From a virus (taxonomy: Duplodnaviria; Caudoviricetes): a stretch of 64,000 nt of DNA. Shown here piece by piece: positions 27,795-38,741 of this stretch. The translations under genes and the position numbers were made by a program. The notes beneath the pieces were generated by a model that saw only the letters and a list, made by a program, of their open reading frames with translations, was not told the DNA's origin and ran no database searches. The stretch covers positions 47,270 through 111,269 of the IMG/VR virus record IMGVR_UViG_3300011008_002687; one strand, 5' to 3'. The first letter of the stretch is position 1. Each line of letters starts with the position of its first letter.

Positions 27795-29072
27795 CTACTT
27801 CATGACGGATAACCCTGAAGGCTTCCGGATTATTGTGTATGCAAAGTATCTGCTGCTGTCCATGGCATGGTCAAATTTCTTGACCGGCTTGTCTTCACCA
27901 CGTTCAGCGGCCTTTTCATCCCAAACATAGGATGCAAATTCCTGAATGGTCATTTTGCAGTCTGAACTGAACTTCACTGAACCGTTCAGCAGCAGTGAAG
28001 CAAGGAACCGGATACCGTCAAGCACGTCATTCCTGGCCTTCTTGATGCTGTACCCACGTTTCTTCAGTTCCGCAATAAAAGAAGCAGCTGACGGATCCAC
28101 CACTATTTTCTGTGGTTTGATGCCGTCCAGCCACTTCTGAAGGTCATTGGCATATTCAGTATCAGTTTTCTGCTGTTCAGTGTCCCTGCCGGAATAGTAG
28201 TATTCACGGCAGCAGTACCATTTCTTGTCCTGGCCTTGTCCCCACAGAAGGAATACCGTGGCATTCTGTGTGCCGTAGTCACAGGACACGTGCCAGGTGT
28301 TTGGAATGATTGCCGGTATCTGATCAGGCTGCACCACGTGCTTGGCCGGATCAAACATGTCATAGATCAGACCTTCAGCCATCACCCACAGACCAAGGAT
28401 GTACCGCTTGAAGAACACACCACGGTACATGTTCCTGTACCGTTCCTTGATCTTTTCGGACAGTGACAGGTTGTCATCCATGGTGAAGTGCAGGTATATG
28501 ACGTTCTTTTCCTTGCGCTGGTCAATCCATTCCTGCTTGAACCAGTGATATGGTGATCCAGGGTTGCAGTTGAACCAATACTTGGATCCGTCCACGGAAC
28601 AGCGACCTGTGGCCTGTTCCACAAAGGACTTCGGCATCAGTGCCACTTCATCAAAGAATGCACCTGCTGCCGTAATACCCTGAACCAGATCCTGTGAACC
28701 TTCATCCTTGCCGCCGAAGATGTAAAATTCATTGGTGATCTTCCCACGGTGGATCACCAGCACATTGTCAGTCCTTCGGTCTTCAAACGTATAGCCACGG
28801 CTTGTCAGCATCTGCTTCAGCGGCTTAATGACGTTTCTTCGGCAGGATCCCACGGTCTTGCCTGCAATGATGAAGTTTTCCCCATTGAACGTGGACATTG
28901 CCCACATCACGTAGGACAGGGACATGCAGACGGTCTTGCCGGATCTGATAGCACCGTCTGCTATAATGCCATCATAATCCTTGACGGGGGATGAAAGACA
29001 CCACCAGTTCAGGATCTGACGCTGTTTCCTGCTGAATGGTTTGAACTTGAATGAACTAATCTTCATAGTCAT
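27795..29072 (-). CDS. terL: Terminase large subunit (PBSX family)
   Basis: DGAIRSGKT, FFDEVA, NCNP, DYG, VDPSA, DHAMD. Confidence 0.95.
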   Translation of the reverse strand: MTMKISSFKFKPFSRKQRQILNWWCLSSPVKDYDGIIADGAIRSGKTVCMSLSYVMWAMSTFNGENFIIAGKTVGSCRRNVIKPLKQMLTSRGYTFEDRRTDNVLVIHRGKITNEFYIFGGKDEGSQDLVQGITAAGAFFDEVALMPKSFVEQATGRCSVDGSKYWFNCNPGSPYHWFKQEWIDQRKEKNVIYLHFTMDDNLSLSEKIKERYRNMYRGVFFKRYILGLWVMAEGLIYDMFDPAKHVVQPDQIPAIIPNTWHVSCDYGTQNATVFLLWGQGQDKKWYCCREYYYSGRDTEQQKTDTEYANDLQKWLDGIKPQKIVVDPSAASFIAELKKRGYSIKKARNDVLDGIRFLASLLLNGSVKFSSDCKMTIQEFASYVWDEKAAERGEDKPVKKFDHAMDSSRYFAYTIIRKPSGLSVMK

Positions 29073-29940
29073 CCCAGTCTGAAGCTGTTGACCTGTTCAG
29101 GGCATCCAGGAAACCATCATCTTCCGGTTCAGCAGGATCACCGGAAGACTTCTGCTTCAATGCCTGGATCCGTGCCTTCTGTTCTTCAGTGGCCAGATCC
29201 ATGTGGTCAGCCAGCCAGTCAAGTGCCTTCTGTCTATCTGGCAACTTGATCTTGTAACCATACTGTGTTGGTGCTATCTCATTGATCAGGGTGCCGTCTA
29301 CTTCATCCAGGTCACGGATCCGGATGACCTGTCCTTCATCATCTTGGATGACATCCAGATAATCAGTGATATCATTGAAGGCAATGTCCAGGTACTTCTG
29401 GAAGATGTCTTCTTCCTTCAGCAGTTCCCTGGTCATCTTGGCTTGTTTCAGTTCATTGATGGTCTGAACTATTTCAGCTTTTTTCAGCAGACGGCCAGCG
29501 TTTGTGGCTGCCGTCCAATAATCACAGCCATATGCCTTCATATATGACTTTGTTGCATTGAATGACCTGACGTAATAAGTGCAGAAAAGCCTTTGTTTTT
29601 CAGTCAATTCAGGGTTTTCACATACAACTTGGACTTCAACGGCAACAGATTCCTTCTTCTGTCTTTCCCTTCTGGGTTTTCTGTTTGCAACATTTGCAAC
29701 GGTCTTTTCCGTTGCATTTGTTCCGTTGCATTCGTTGCATTCCCACTTACCACGGTTTTTCCATGACCGGACTGTGCTTTCCGGAACCTGAAGCAGGTCA
29801 GCAATGTCTTTCAGGGAATGCCCTTGCCTATATAACTGAAGGGCATCCGCTGTTTTTGCGTTCTTTGCCCTTGGCAAGAGATCACCCACTTTCTTATCTC
29901 CACAAACAAAGTAGCTGCCGAAGGCAGGAGATTTTAGCAC
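29056..29940 (-). CDS. terS: Terminase small subunit
   Basis: HTH plus LTEKQRLFC..Y...FNAT; true start probably near 29873. Confidence 0.85.
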   Translation of the reverse strand: MLKSPAFGSYFVCGDKKVGDLLPRAKNAKTADALQLYRQGHSLKDIADLLQVPESTVRSWKNRGKWECNECNGTNATEKTVANVANRKPRRERQKKESVAVEVQVVCENPELTEKQRLFCTYYVRSFNATKSYMKAYGCDYWTAATNAGRLLKKAEIVQTINELKQAKMTRELLKEEDIFQKYLDIAFNDITDYLDVIQDDEGQVIRIRDLDEVDGTLINEIAPTQYGYKIKLPDRQKALDWLADHMDLATEEQKARIQALKQKSSGDPAEPEDDGFLDALNRSTASDWDDYED

Positions 29941-29989
29941 CCTTCGGCAGCCCGGTCAGTCTATTTTGCAGTGTGCAAATTTGCACGGT

Positions 29990-30030
29990 ATCAGTATAAC
30001 ACAGGTGAATGTGGCATTGTGTGTCAACTT
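29990..30030 (-). promoter_or_regulatory. Probable late promoter (extended -10 TGTTATACT)
   Basis: Between activator gene and terS, as in RinA/ArpU-controlled phages. Confidence 0.5.
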
Positions 30031-30479
30031 TTCAGATCACCCTTCAGATCATCATGGTATGTCCGTTCAAAATCAAGCAGGGCATAACCGTGAAGCCTTC
30101 TGGTGTGGTCATAGCTGAAGTTCATTTCCACGCTGATGACTTCAAGCCGCTTGAATTCAACATACCTTTTGTAAAGCAGCTTCATGTGGTTCACGTTCTT
30201 GATGCCGTGGATCTGATTGATGATCCTGTTCTTCAGGTCAACGTACCTGTCAATGTCAGCATTTACTTCATTTTCAAGGTCAATGTACTTGATGATCTTG
30301 TTGGTTCCTGCATCAGCTGACACGGAAGTCTGAACTGGATCCTTGTCATAGCGGATCCCCATTCCCCCACCCATTGCCATTTCCCTTAATTCATCAACCT
30401 GTGACACCTTCTGATTGATCATTTCATTCAGCAGTTCAAGCTGCTTCAAATACTCTTTTGCAGTCATTTCTTCACCCAT
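30024..30479 (-). CDS. RinA/ArpU-like late transcription activator
   Basis: MTAKEYL.Q...LLYKRYV...I..EMNFS...LHG.AL. Confidence 0.75.
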   Translation of the reverse strand: MGEEMTAKEYLKQLELLNEMINQKVSQVDELREMAMGGGMGIRYDKDPVQTSVSADAGTNKIIKYIDLENEVNADIDRYVDLKNRIINQIHGIKNVNHMKLLYKRYVEFKRLEVISVEMNFSYDHTRRLHGYALLDFERTYHDDLKGDLKS

Positions 30480-30494
30480 TATCTTTCCTTTCCG

Positions 30495-30815
30495 GTACCG
30501 GTTCAGGTACCACTTAACTTTTTTATCCGTTACCGCCTTCAGGCCTTATGTATCAACGGTTTTCAGAAAAGGTAACGGTTGGTTACGGTTAAAGTGCCCA
30601 CTCTACTATATATTTTCTTTTTTATTTTTTCTTTCAGACGGTTTAGATTGATAATTTTTTTAATTTCAGATAAAAAGATGATTTAACCGTTACCAACCGT
30701 TACCGCCTTATATTTCAAGGGTTTTAACCGTTACCTTCAACTGTTACCAACTATGTCCGCAACCGTTACCAAGTCCATTTTTCAGTCAACTACCAGTCAA
30801 CTACCAGTCAACTAT
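30495..30815. repeat. Probable replication origin: ACCGTTACC/GGTAACGGT iterons around AT-rich tract, plus 3x CAGTCAACTA
   Basis: Multiple direct and inverted copies, non-coding, downstream of primase operon. Confidence 0.65.
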
Positions 30816-30830
30816 TCCGAAAAACCACCA

Positions 30831-31142
30831 TCAACCACCACGGGTTTTCTTTCCGAAGATCAGGTCATTGGTTTCCTGAAGTGATACCTGCCGGATCCGT
30901 TCCAGTTCACCTGCATCCATGCACAGCAGATACTTCAGTTCGTCAATCATGATGCCGACATCCACCAGTTCCTTCTTCAGCATGGCCATGGCATCTTCAT
31001 ATGTACAGGCAGGGCGCTTGCCACGGCCACCGGCACGAAGAACCTTGTTGCAGGCCTGAATCAGTTCACCGCATTCTTCCATGGTCTGTGTCAGGCAGTT
31101 TTCAGTGCCAAACAGCTTGGCATTCTGTTCAAGTATGCTCAT
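30831..31142 (-). CDS. MazG-like nucleotide pyrophosphohydrolase
   Basis: MEECGELIQA...ELVDV. Confidence 0.65.
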   Translation of the reverse strand: MSILEQNAKLFGTENCLTQTMEECGELIQACNKVLRAGGRGKRPACTYEDAMAMLKKELVDVGIMIDELKYLLCMDAGELERIRQVSLQETNDLIFGKKTRGG

Positions 31143-31346
31143 TTCCTCTATCCTTTCTATCCATAGAAACATTCCATTTCTGAAAATACAGACATCAGCC
31201 ATTTTTCCATTCCCTTCTGAAGTATTTTCTGATCCAGTCCACCATGGCATTCCAGTGATAGTGAATCATGGTCTTGTAGAACTGCTTTTCCTTCTGCTGA
31301 CTTCGCCACTGTGTCAGCCATTCAAGCTGATCTTCATCATCCTGTT

Positions 31347-31565
31347 TCATTTGTATTCCCTTCCTGACTTCACGTCCCTGATCTGGATCCGGGTGATCAG
31401 TTCACAGCCAGACTGCCGGATGATGAACTTCAGCACCTTGATCAGTTCATTCACACGCTTGTCCGCTTCGGATTCTTCCCGGATGATTTCCCTTGTCCCA
31501 TAGTAGGCTGTAGGATCCGCATATCCTTCAGCGTTCTTCCTTGGATCCTTGTTCATAGTTTTCAT
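31347..31565 (-). CDS. Hypothetical phage protein
   Basis: KNAEGYADPTAY motif common in Firmicute phages. Confidence 0.55.
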   Translation of the reverse strand: MKTMNKDPRKNAEGYADPTAYYGTREIIREESEADKRVNELIKVLKFIIRQSGCELITRIQIRDVKSGREYK

Positions 31566-31797
31566 TCTCCATAGTCATGGTGAAGGTGCCGTCACCGTTG
31601 TCATTCATCTTTGCCTTTCCAGACAGAATCAGTGGATAATAAGAAACTACAACCACTATCTTTCTGTGAATCAGCAGTTTCAGAATGCCCTTCCAGCCAA
31701 GTTTGATGGTTGCCCTATCCAGGTTCCGTTTTGTGTTTCTCTGTGCCTTGACCACAATGACCGGCACGGCCATGATTTTAGTCCACCACTTTTTCAT
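31528..31797 (-). CDS. Hypothetical protein
   Basis: In-operon overlapping ORF. Confidence 0.45.
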   Translation of the reverse strand: MKKWWTKIMAVPVIVVKAQRNTKRNLDRATIKLGWKGILKLLIHRKIVVVVSYYPLILSGKAKMNDNGDGTFTMTMENENYEQGSKEER

Positions 31798-33682
31798 CTT
31801 CTTTCCACCTTACAAAAATTTTGATGACCTTACCATTGATCTTCCTGCATTTCACTTCAAAGTTCAGCCGTTTGTTCACCTGTTTACTGAACACAATGTT
31901 GGACATGGGTGTCAGGGCATTGTCTGCACAGAAGACCTGATAACGCTTGTACACTTCGGCTGTGGGCTGGTTTTCAATCATTTCCACACCCTGGTCTTCA
32001 ATGAATGCAGCAATGGGATTGTTTTCTTCCTCATAGTCCCTGATTTCTTTTTCCACCTTTTCAGACTTGGTGAACTTATTGTGGGCAATGACACGCTTCA
32101 GGCCTTCAATGCCGATCCGGATCAGGTATTCCACTGATTCCTGTTCACACAGCCTGTACTTGATGAACGGATCATAGTCAGGATCCTGGTCACTGAAGGT
32201 TGCATTGAAGGGAATAATGACCAAGCGCCGAAGAACGGCACCTGTCTTGTCCTTCATCCTGGGGATGTCATTGGCAGAGAACAGCATCTTGATGTACGGA
32301 TTAAATTCAAACGGTGTCAGGCCTTTGTATTCACCCTTGATCCGGTTGCCGGTGACAATCTTCTTGAATATGGCCACCTGACTGCCCTGAAGGAAGTCAT
32401 CACCAATGTCATCACCAATGTTGGCCATCTTGCCAAACATCATGGCAGTGTTGAAACGGTCACCAAGTTCCTTCAGATCCAACGCTGATATGTTCTGTTC
32501 ACCCAGTATGGCCTTGACCACTTCCAGGAAGGTTGACTTGCCGTTGGACTTATCCCCGGTCAGAATGAATGCCTTTCCAAGTTCATTCCTTCTGAAGAAA
32601 CAGTATCCAATGCATTCTTCCAGCAGCGCACGGATGGAAGCATCATCACAGGCCAGCTTGTTCAGCGTTTTATCTGCCAGTTCATTGACGGCATCCGGAT
32701 TGTAGTTCCACGGTATTTTGTTGGTGATCACGTATTCAGGATTGAACGGAAGCAAGTGATCATCAACAATGTCATATATGCCATTCTGGAAGGCAATGAA
32801 TCTGGCATCTGCCGGTTGAAGCTGTTCTGCAATCAGTTCCATGTAGTCCAGGACTTCACGGCGCTGTGTCTTCTTCAGGTTTGGGATCAGCTCTATCATG
32901 CTGTGTTCAATCTGCCTGTAGCCTGGTGCATAGGTGCCATCCTGATAGATGTGCAGCTGGCCATTGATGTTCACCACGTGGTTATTGCTGACCATGTAAT
33001 GGGCAAATCTATCAAACAGGAAGCTGGCACCAATGAAGAACACCGGCTTCTGAAACGCTTCATCCCTTAGAATGACTTCCAGTTCATCATCCGGCAGCGG
33101 TTCATGCAGCACAAAGCGATTCAGGATCCGGATGCATTCCCGGCATTCGTCCACGCTGTAGTCACTGCCCTGAAGTGTCAGGATGTAGTTGAACAGTGCC
33201 TGATTCCTTCCGTCACCAGCTGACATGTCAAGAAAGTCTGCCGAAGATCTGACCGGTGTCAGCCATTTTGGAAGTTCCTGATATTCCACACCCGGTTCCA
33301 CGTCCCATTCCACAAAACGGTCTTGACCGTCTATCCTGATGACTTCCGTGGACAGCTTGGATCCAACCTTGATGTCTGCCGTCAGGCCTATTCCAAGTGG
33401 CACGTGTGTCCGGTTCCTTGTTACCTGGTGGTTCTTGAACAGAAAGTGCTTTCCCCTGGTTGTGCAGATCACCTTGCAGTTCAGCTGCCGATCTTCCACG
33501 ATCTTCATCAGAATTTCAGCCTGATCCCCATCATCAATGTCAATCAGGATGACATCATCAGCCAGAACACCTGCATAGCCATTGCAGTCCTTCACTTCAG
33601 CAAGGGTTTTCCAGGTCTTCCTGTTCTTCAGTTGTTCAATGGGGCGCTTGCCCTTGGTTTCCACATAACCCTTGTAAAGCAC
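31778..33682 (-). CDS. Primase-helicase (prim-pol plus D5/P4-type SF3 helicase)
   Basis: IDID, TTRGKH, GRN, GDKSNGKST, SANDIP. Confidence 0.88.
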   Translation of the reverse strand: MLYKGYVETKGKRPIEQLKNRKTWKTLAEVKDCNGYAGVLADDVILIDIDDGDQAEILMKIVEDRQLNCKVICTTRGKHFLFKNHQVTRNRTHVPLGIGLTADIKVGSKLSTEVIRIDGQDRFVEWDVEPGVEYQELPKWLTPVRSSADFLDMSAGDGRNQALFNYILTLQGSDYSVDECRECIRILNRFVLHEPLPDDELEVILRDEAFQKPVFFIGASFLFDRFAHYMVSNNHVVNINGQLHIYQDGTYAPGYRQIEHSMIELIPNLKKTQRREVLDYMELIAEQLQPADARFIAFQNGIYDIVDDHLLPFNPEYVITNKIPWNYNPDAVNELADKTLNKLACDDASIRALLEECIGYCFFRRNELGKAFILTGDKSNGKSTFLEVVKAILGEQNISALDLKELGDRFNTAMMFGKMANIGDDIGDDFLQGSQVAIFKKIVTGNRIKGEYKGLTPFEFNPYIKMLFSANDIPRMKDKTGAVLRRLVIIPFNATFSDQDPDYDPFIKYRLCEQESVEYLIRIGIEGLKRVIAHNKFTKSEKVEKEIRDYEEENNPIAAFIEDQGVEMIENQPTAEVYKRYQVFCADNALTPMSNIVFSKQVNKRLNFEVKCRKINGKVIKIFVRWKEDEKVVD

Positions 33683-33694
33683 ACTATCACCACC

Positions 33695-34201
33695 TTATCC
33701 CAGAAGACCGGAAACTTCCTGAAGGAATGCCTTGTCCTTATCCAGCTTGTCCAGGATCCGCTTATTGGCAGCCAGATCCTTCTTCAGTGATTTCCATTCT
33801 TCATCACGTTGTTTCACAATGTCATTCAGCTTTTCCCATGCCGGATTGACCTTGCCTTTACCTGCAAAACGCTTCACACGGTTCCTGTTCTGCCGGTCTG
33901 CATCCAGCATCTTTTCAGCCAGCCTGACCTTGCTTTCCAGACTGATCACCATGTTGCTGGTGTGCTTCTTTGTTTCTGTAAATTCTTCATTGAACTGTTC
34001 AATGAACTGCTGAACCTGCCCCATGATGATGTCCACGGATGGATTGATGCATTCCACTGTCCTGGTGATCTTCAGTAGCTTCTTCACCTTTCCCATTCCA
34101 CGGCCTTCACCAAGCAGGAACTGGAACAACACTATGGTCATTTCACCATGTGACCTGAAACTTCCATATGTGAAATGAATTGTCTGATCTTTCAATTCCA
34201 T
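33695..34201 (-). CDS. Hypothetical coiled-coil protein
   Basis: In-operon ORF with RBS. Confidence 0.5.
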   Translation of the reverse strand: MELKDQTIHFTYGSFRSHGEMTIVLFQFLLGEGRGMGKVKKLLKITRTVECINPSVDIIMGQVQQFIEQFNEEFTETKKHTSNMVISLESKVRLAEKMLDADRQNRNRVKRFAGKGKVNPAWEKLNDIVKQRDEEWKSLKKDLAANKRILDKLDKDKAFLQEVSGLLG

Positions 34202-34217
34202 TGATGTCCTGTCCTTT

Positions 34218-36182
34218 CTATACGGTGATTCCGAAGGCCTTCAATCGTTCCTTTGCCTTCTGTATGTACCATTCCCTGTCCAGCTTGGCCGGAATGGTGG
34301 ATGCTGTCATGTCGCTGTTGTCCACAAAGCAATGATCAGGCGTGCCGCCAAACTTTTCAGGCTTCCCACGGCTGCCGCCGCATTTCATCAGCCTGCCATC
34401 TTCACGGATCCGGCTGGCAAACACCCTGTAGCACTTGAACTGATACCGTTCACTGGAAGGATAGGACAGCACTTCCGTTCTGGATCCGTCACGGTGATTG
34501 GTCACCTTCAGGACTGTTGGCACACCGGTTTCATGTTCCACGTGCTTATATTTTCCGGACAGCTTCACTATCTTCTGGAACATCAGAAGATCCGTGCATT
34601 CACTGATGGTCTTTTCCACCGGAACCTTCTTCACCATGAAGTCAACCACGGCCTTGTTCAGAATGGGAAGGTCATTGTCTATCCTGGACAATTCCTTCAG
34701 ATAGGCACCGATCCTTTCCACACTGCCGTCCTGACCTATCCACAGATAGTTGTTCACGTCCTTCTGGAAGATCTCACTGATGTTATCCAAGGCCAGCAGG
34801 ATTTCACATTTTTCAGTGCTGCACCGCTGTTCCCATTCCCAGCAGATGTCATCCACCATGTTAAAGGCTTCATCCGTGTCAGGCACCAGGATGATTAGGC
34901 CATCCGTGTTGGACTGGATCAGCTGGAATCCAGGAATCACTTCAAGGTGTTCAATCAGATCCAGCAGCATCAGCTGACCATTGATGCACATGGAATTGTT
35001 GTTCCTGGGATCAAAGGCCGGATTGGTCTTGTCCTTCATGGCACCTGACAGGGCATTCAGCATTTTCTTATACGGCAGTTGCTGCTTCTTGTAGTGCTTG
35101 GCCATTGCCTTGTCACCGGCAGCAGCCGCTTCCTGCTGTTTGACCTTCAGCGCCTTCCTGGTCTTATAGACCACGGTGTAATTGTCATTTGTGGCCGTCC
35201 TGGTGACCAGATCCCACGCAATCAGCATGGAAGGGTAGTAGTTGTTCACGTCAACATGTAGCAGCTGTCCCTTCACGTGAATGGGCTGATCAGGTGCACC
35301 GTGCAGGCCGCCAAAACCAAAGGTGTGTGGAATGCCTGCCACAGTGGTTGTCAGTGATCTGGAATAGAAATACTTTGACCACCAGTACAGATCCTTCACG
35401 TCATATTTATGCCGTTCTGAAGGCTTGGTCTTCGGATCATTGAACAGCTGCTGCATTTCCCGTGAACAGTCAATGATTGCATTCCTGAACCAGTCCTGCA
35501 CATACTTGTATTTCTTCAGCCGAAGACAGGGAAGGAAGGTATATGCAAATTCATCATCCCATGCCGTCTTTACGCATCCAAGCACCTTGGAAGTGATTCT
35601 GGCTTCCGTGTCACCAATGTCCCTGATGCTGACCTGATGGGGGAATGCCTTCACAATGCCATACATGGCATTGAACTGGTCAATCTGTTCCATGAATACC
35701 TTGATGGTTTCATGAACGTCATGGCGGCAATAGAAGACAGTCCGTTCAATCTCTGCCGGTGTCAGCTTCCTGTCAATGTCAAAGGGAACTTCCGTTTCCT
35801 GAATGTCTGATCCCATGAAACCTTCCAGCGTCTTCAGACCAACAGTTGCCATTTCTTCATTGTTGGAAGGCATCACATCATAGTTGATCATCTGGATTTT
35901 GTTAAATGCACTGCTGATCTGCCAGCCTTCTTCATGGTTGATGATGATCCGGTCATTGATGTCCTTCGGATCCATGCCAAGCATGATGCCCTTCATGATG
36001 TACTGGTCATAATGCTTATTGTTATATCCACCCCAGATGTCCTTGCAGTTGGCTTCATACAGGATCTTCAGTGCTTCCGGATCATTGATGATCACATGTT
36101 CTTTTCTGGCGGTCATGTCCACAAACACTGCCAGCCAGTCATACTTGAAGACCTCAAAGTCATAGAAGATCATGCCGTTCAC
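34218..36182 (-). CDS. Family B-like DNA polymerase
   Basis: YDFE (ExoI), YCRHDV (ExoIII), DVNNYYPS, KKMLNALSG, NTDG. Confidence 0.85.
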   Translation of the reverse strand: MNGMIFYDFEVFKYDWLAVFVDMTARKEHVIINDPEALKILYEANCKDIWGGYNNKHYDQYIMKGIMLGMDPKDINDRIIINHEEGWQISSAFNKIQMINYDVMPSNNEEMATVGLKTLEGFMGSDIQETEVPFDIDRKLTPAEIERTVFYCRHDVHETIKVFMEQIDQFNAMYGIVKAFPHQVSIRDIGDTEARITSKVLGCVKTAWDDEFAYTFLPCLRLKKYKYVQDWFRNAIIDCSREMQQLFNDPKTKPSERHKYDVKDLYWWSKYFYSRSLTTTVAGIPHTFGFGGLHGAPDQPIHVKGQLLHVDVNNYYPSMLIAWDLVTRTATNDNYTVVYKTRKALKVKQQEAAAAGDKAMAKHYKKQQLPYKKMLNALSGAMKDKTNPAFDPRNNNSMCINGQLMLLDLIEHLEVIPGFQLIQSNTDGLIILVPDTDEAFNMVDDICWEWEQRCSTEKCEILLALDNISEIFQKDVNNYLWIGQDGSVERIGAYLKELSRIDNDLPILNKAVVDFMVKKVPVEKTISECTDLLMFQKIVKLSGKYKHVEHETGVPTVLKVTNHRDGSRTEVLSYPSSERYQFKCYRVFASRIREDGRLMKCGGSRGKPEKFGGTPDHCFVDNSDMTASTIPAKLDREWYIQKAKERLKAFGITV

Positions 36183-36240
36183 CGCCTTTCTGCATCAGAT
36201 GCAGGTGTCAGTTTTCACCGACACCTGCACCGCTTATAGT

Positions 36241-36729
36241 TTAGATGTCAAACGCTTCATTGATGGTGATGGGATTGAAGTCATCAGCCTTATAGGTGAC
36301 ATCCAGTTCCACCGTGCCTTGAACTTCCTGGAAGATGTCCAGAACCTGTTCAGCAAAGTCTGAATAGTTCACAAAGACCAGATCATCAATGCCCATCTTG
36401 CTGATCCAGGTGATGACGGACTTGATTGCACGGCCATCATTCCAGTTTTCACTGGTCTTGTTGCCGCTGATCACACGGTTGAAGAAGATCTTTCTGCCCT
36501 TCTGGGTGCAGGTGCTGCCGTCACTGTTTTCCTTGATGGACAGCTGTGCAGAAAACATCAGCTTGTCCTTGGCCTTGGTCAGCTTCACTTCCATCCGGTC
36601 AATGCCAACGATATAGTCACCGTTGGGTACGTCTGCAAATTCTTTTGCGTTCTTCACGTCTTCCTGAAGATTGGGATCCATCATTGCATCAAAAGCACTG
36701 AAATCAACTGCCATTTTTATATACCTCAC
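36241..36729 (-). CDS. Probable ssDNA-binding protein (DUF669-like)
   Basis: VPNGDY.V.I motif; position. Confidence 0.55.
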   Translation of the reverse strand: MRYIKMAVDFSAFDAMMDPNLQEDVKNAKEFADVPNGDYIVGIDRMEVKLTKAKDKLMFSAQLSIKENSDGSTCTQKGRKIFFNRVISGNKTSENWNDGRAIKSVITWISKMGIDDLVFVNYSDFAEQVLDIFQEVQGTVELDVTYKADDFNPITINEAFDI

Positions 36730-36744
36730 TTTCTTTGTTGTCCC

Positions 36745-37908
36745 TTAGAAGGGAATGTCTTCATCATCAAGGGCTTCAGCATTGGCTGCCGCCTGTGTAC
36801 GGGATCTTCTGGTTCTTCTCTGTCTGCCGGATGTAGCAGGTGCCGGTTCCGGATCAGCAGGGGGATTCATGGCACCGGCCAGCTGATCTTCAGCTTCCAG
36901 CGCCTTCATTTCTTCAGCAGTGGCACCAACAATGGTTCCGGTGCCGGTGTCCACGCTGGCAACTTCGGCCTTACGTTCCTTCCTGGTTCTTCTGGGAACC
37001 TTTTCAAGTTCCGGTGCAGGAACCGTGGCAGCAGCTGCCGCTGCTTCTTCAAAAGGAATTTCTTCACGGCCATCAGCAATGGCATCCACGGCAGCCTGCT
37101 GTGCATCCATATAGGCGGCAACTTTTTCCTGATTGGACTTAACCACTTCATCATGGGTTTTCGGCTGTTCACCAGTGGATGCATTCTTTCCAGTTCTTGC
37201 CCTTCTGCCAGATCCGTCAGGCTTCTGGATGTCAGCGGCAACAGCAGCATCAGCGGCAGCCATTTCAGCATCAGACACGGCACCGTCCAGTTCATAGTAG
37301 TTTCTGATCTTGTCCACCACATAGGCCAGATCATTGTCAATGGCATAGGTGGGGAACATGCCCATGGGGGACTTCACCGTGTCCTTGCCGCTGTTCTGGG
37401 TGTAGAAGTAGTATTTTGCTTCATAGCAGCCAGTCCGAAGAACGATAGTGAACAGGCCTTCAATGGTGATCTTCTCACGAAGCATCTTTCCGATCAGCTT
37501 CACGGTGGTCAGGCCGGTGTCCAGGGTTTCCAGGTGTGTCATGTACACCACAATCACGTCATCCGGAAGTTCCTTGCAGACTTCAATGATGTCATAGTAA
37601 TTAGCACCAAAATCATTCCACTTGTCCCAGCCGGATTCCTTGATCCTGTTCATATAGGGGACTGCCAGCATATACTGGAAGTCATCCACCACAATCAGCT
37701 TCTTTCCGGCTGCTGCCTGTTCCTTCATCCATCTGGTGATCTTCCTGGCATCCGTCACGCTGTTCAGCATTTCAAACTTGCCGGATCCCTTGAAGGGAAG
37801 GGGCTTGCCAACAGGATTGACCACAGCGGTTGTGGCCGGATCACAGTTCCGAAGGGAAGCGGATTTTCCGGTGCCGCTTTCACCCATGATCAAAACTTTC
37901 TGTGCCAT
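36745..37908 (-). CDS. AAA (Sak4-like) ATPase
   Basis: GESGTGKS, VVDD, KSP.GMF; long disordered tail ending EDIPF. Confidence 0.75.
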   Translation of the reverse strand: MAQKVLIMGESGTGKSASLRNCDPATTAVVNPVGKPLPFKGSGKFEMLNSVTDARKITRWMKEQAAAGKKLIVVDDFQYMLAVPYMNRIKESGWDKWNDFGANYYDIIEVCKELPDDVIVVYMTHLETLDTGLTTVKLIGKMLREKITIEGLFTIVLRTGCYEAKYYFYTQNSGKDTVKSPMGMFPTYAIDNDLAYVVDKIRNYYELDGAVSDAEMAAADAAVAADIQKPDGSGRRARTGKNASTGEQPKTHDEVVKSNQEKVAAYMDAQQAAVDAIADGREEIPFEEAAAAAATVPAPELEKVPRRTRKERKAEVASVDTGTGTIVGATAEEMKALEAEDQLAGAMNPPADPEPAPATSGRQRRTRRSRTQAAANAEALDDEDIPF

Positions 37909-37926
37909 TCTTTTATCCTCTCTTTC

Positions 37927-38730
37927 TTAATCTTCAATGTCATTTGCAGTGCCTTCCTGAACGTGTGATGCCCACATGTCAGCCCAGTGAATGATCATCA
38001 ACAGCTGGGTTTCATGTCCAGGAATGACAGCCCTGTTTGACGGTTCATACATGCCATCATGAAAGCAGATAGCATATTCTTCATCTTCGGTCAGTTCAAA
38101 CCACCTATTGGCAATGATTGCTGACCGGATGCCGTGTGGAATGTTGGTCAGATCCGTGTTCCGCTTGTACGGCTTCTTTTCTGACTGTTTGTAGTGCTGA
38201 ATGGGATCTGCCTTGGTAGGCCGTCCATCCTGCACCATGTTGGGAACATAGAACTGTTTCCCATAGTCGCCAACCTTACCAAGGTCATGCAGAATGGCTG
38301 CAATGATCACGCTGTTCTGGATCAGGTTGTATCCGGCACCGCCAAGCAGGGCAACACCGATTTTTTCAGCATTGTGCATGACATTCAGCGTGTGTTCAGC
38401 CAGTCCACCAGGCTGATTGCTGTGGTATCCACCGGATGCCGGTGCACGGAAGAATCCGTCATCATCCATTTCTTCAATCAGAATGTCAATTCTGTCCCTG
38501 CCGGTCTTCTTCAGCAGGTCAACAATCATCTGACGGTTGTCCTGGATCTTCTTTTCAGCTTCAGCCTTTTTCTTTTCTTCCAGATTGGCAAGGTATTCTT
38601 CTGTGATTGCCCTGCCGTCCTTCTTTTCCGGTTCCGGCTGCTGTTCAACAGGTTCAACCTGCTGAACGTCCACCGTCATTGTGCCTTCTGCTACAGGCAC
38701 GGCTTCTTTTTTCTTTGCCATGTTCTTCAT
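37927..38730 (-). CDS. HD-domain phosphohydrolase
   Basis: APAS..YH...GGLAEH, LHDLGK, H.ADM. Confidence 0.85.
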   Translation of the reverse strand: MKNMAKKKEAVPVAEGTMTVDVQQVEPVEQQPEPEKKDGRAITEEYLANLEEKKKAEAEKKIQDNRQMIVDLLKKTGRDRIDILIEEMDDDGFFRAPASGGYHSNQPGGLAEHTLNVMHNAEKIGVALLGGAGYNLIQNSVIIAAILHDLGKVGDYGKQFYVPNMVQDGRPTKADPIQHYKQSEKKPYKRNTDLTNIPHGIRSAIIANRWFELTEDEEYAICFHDGMYEPSNRAVIPGHETQLLMIIHWADMWASHVQEGTANDIED

Positions 38731-38741
38731 TCCTTTCTTGG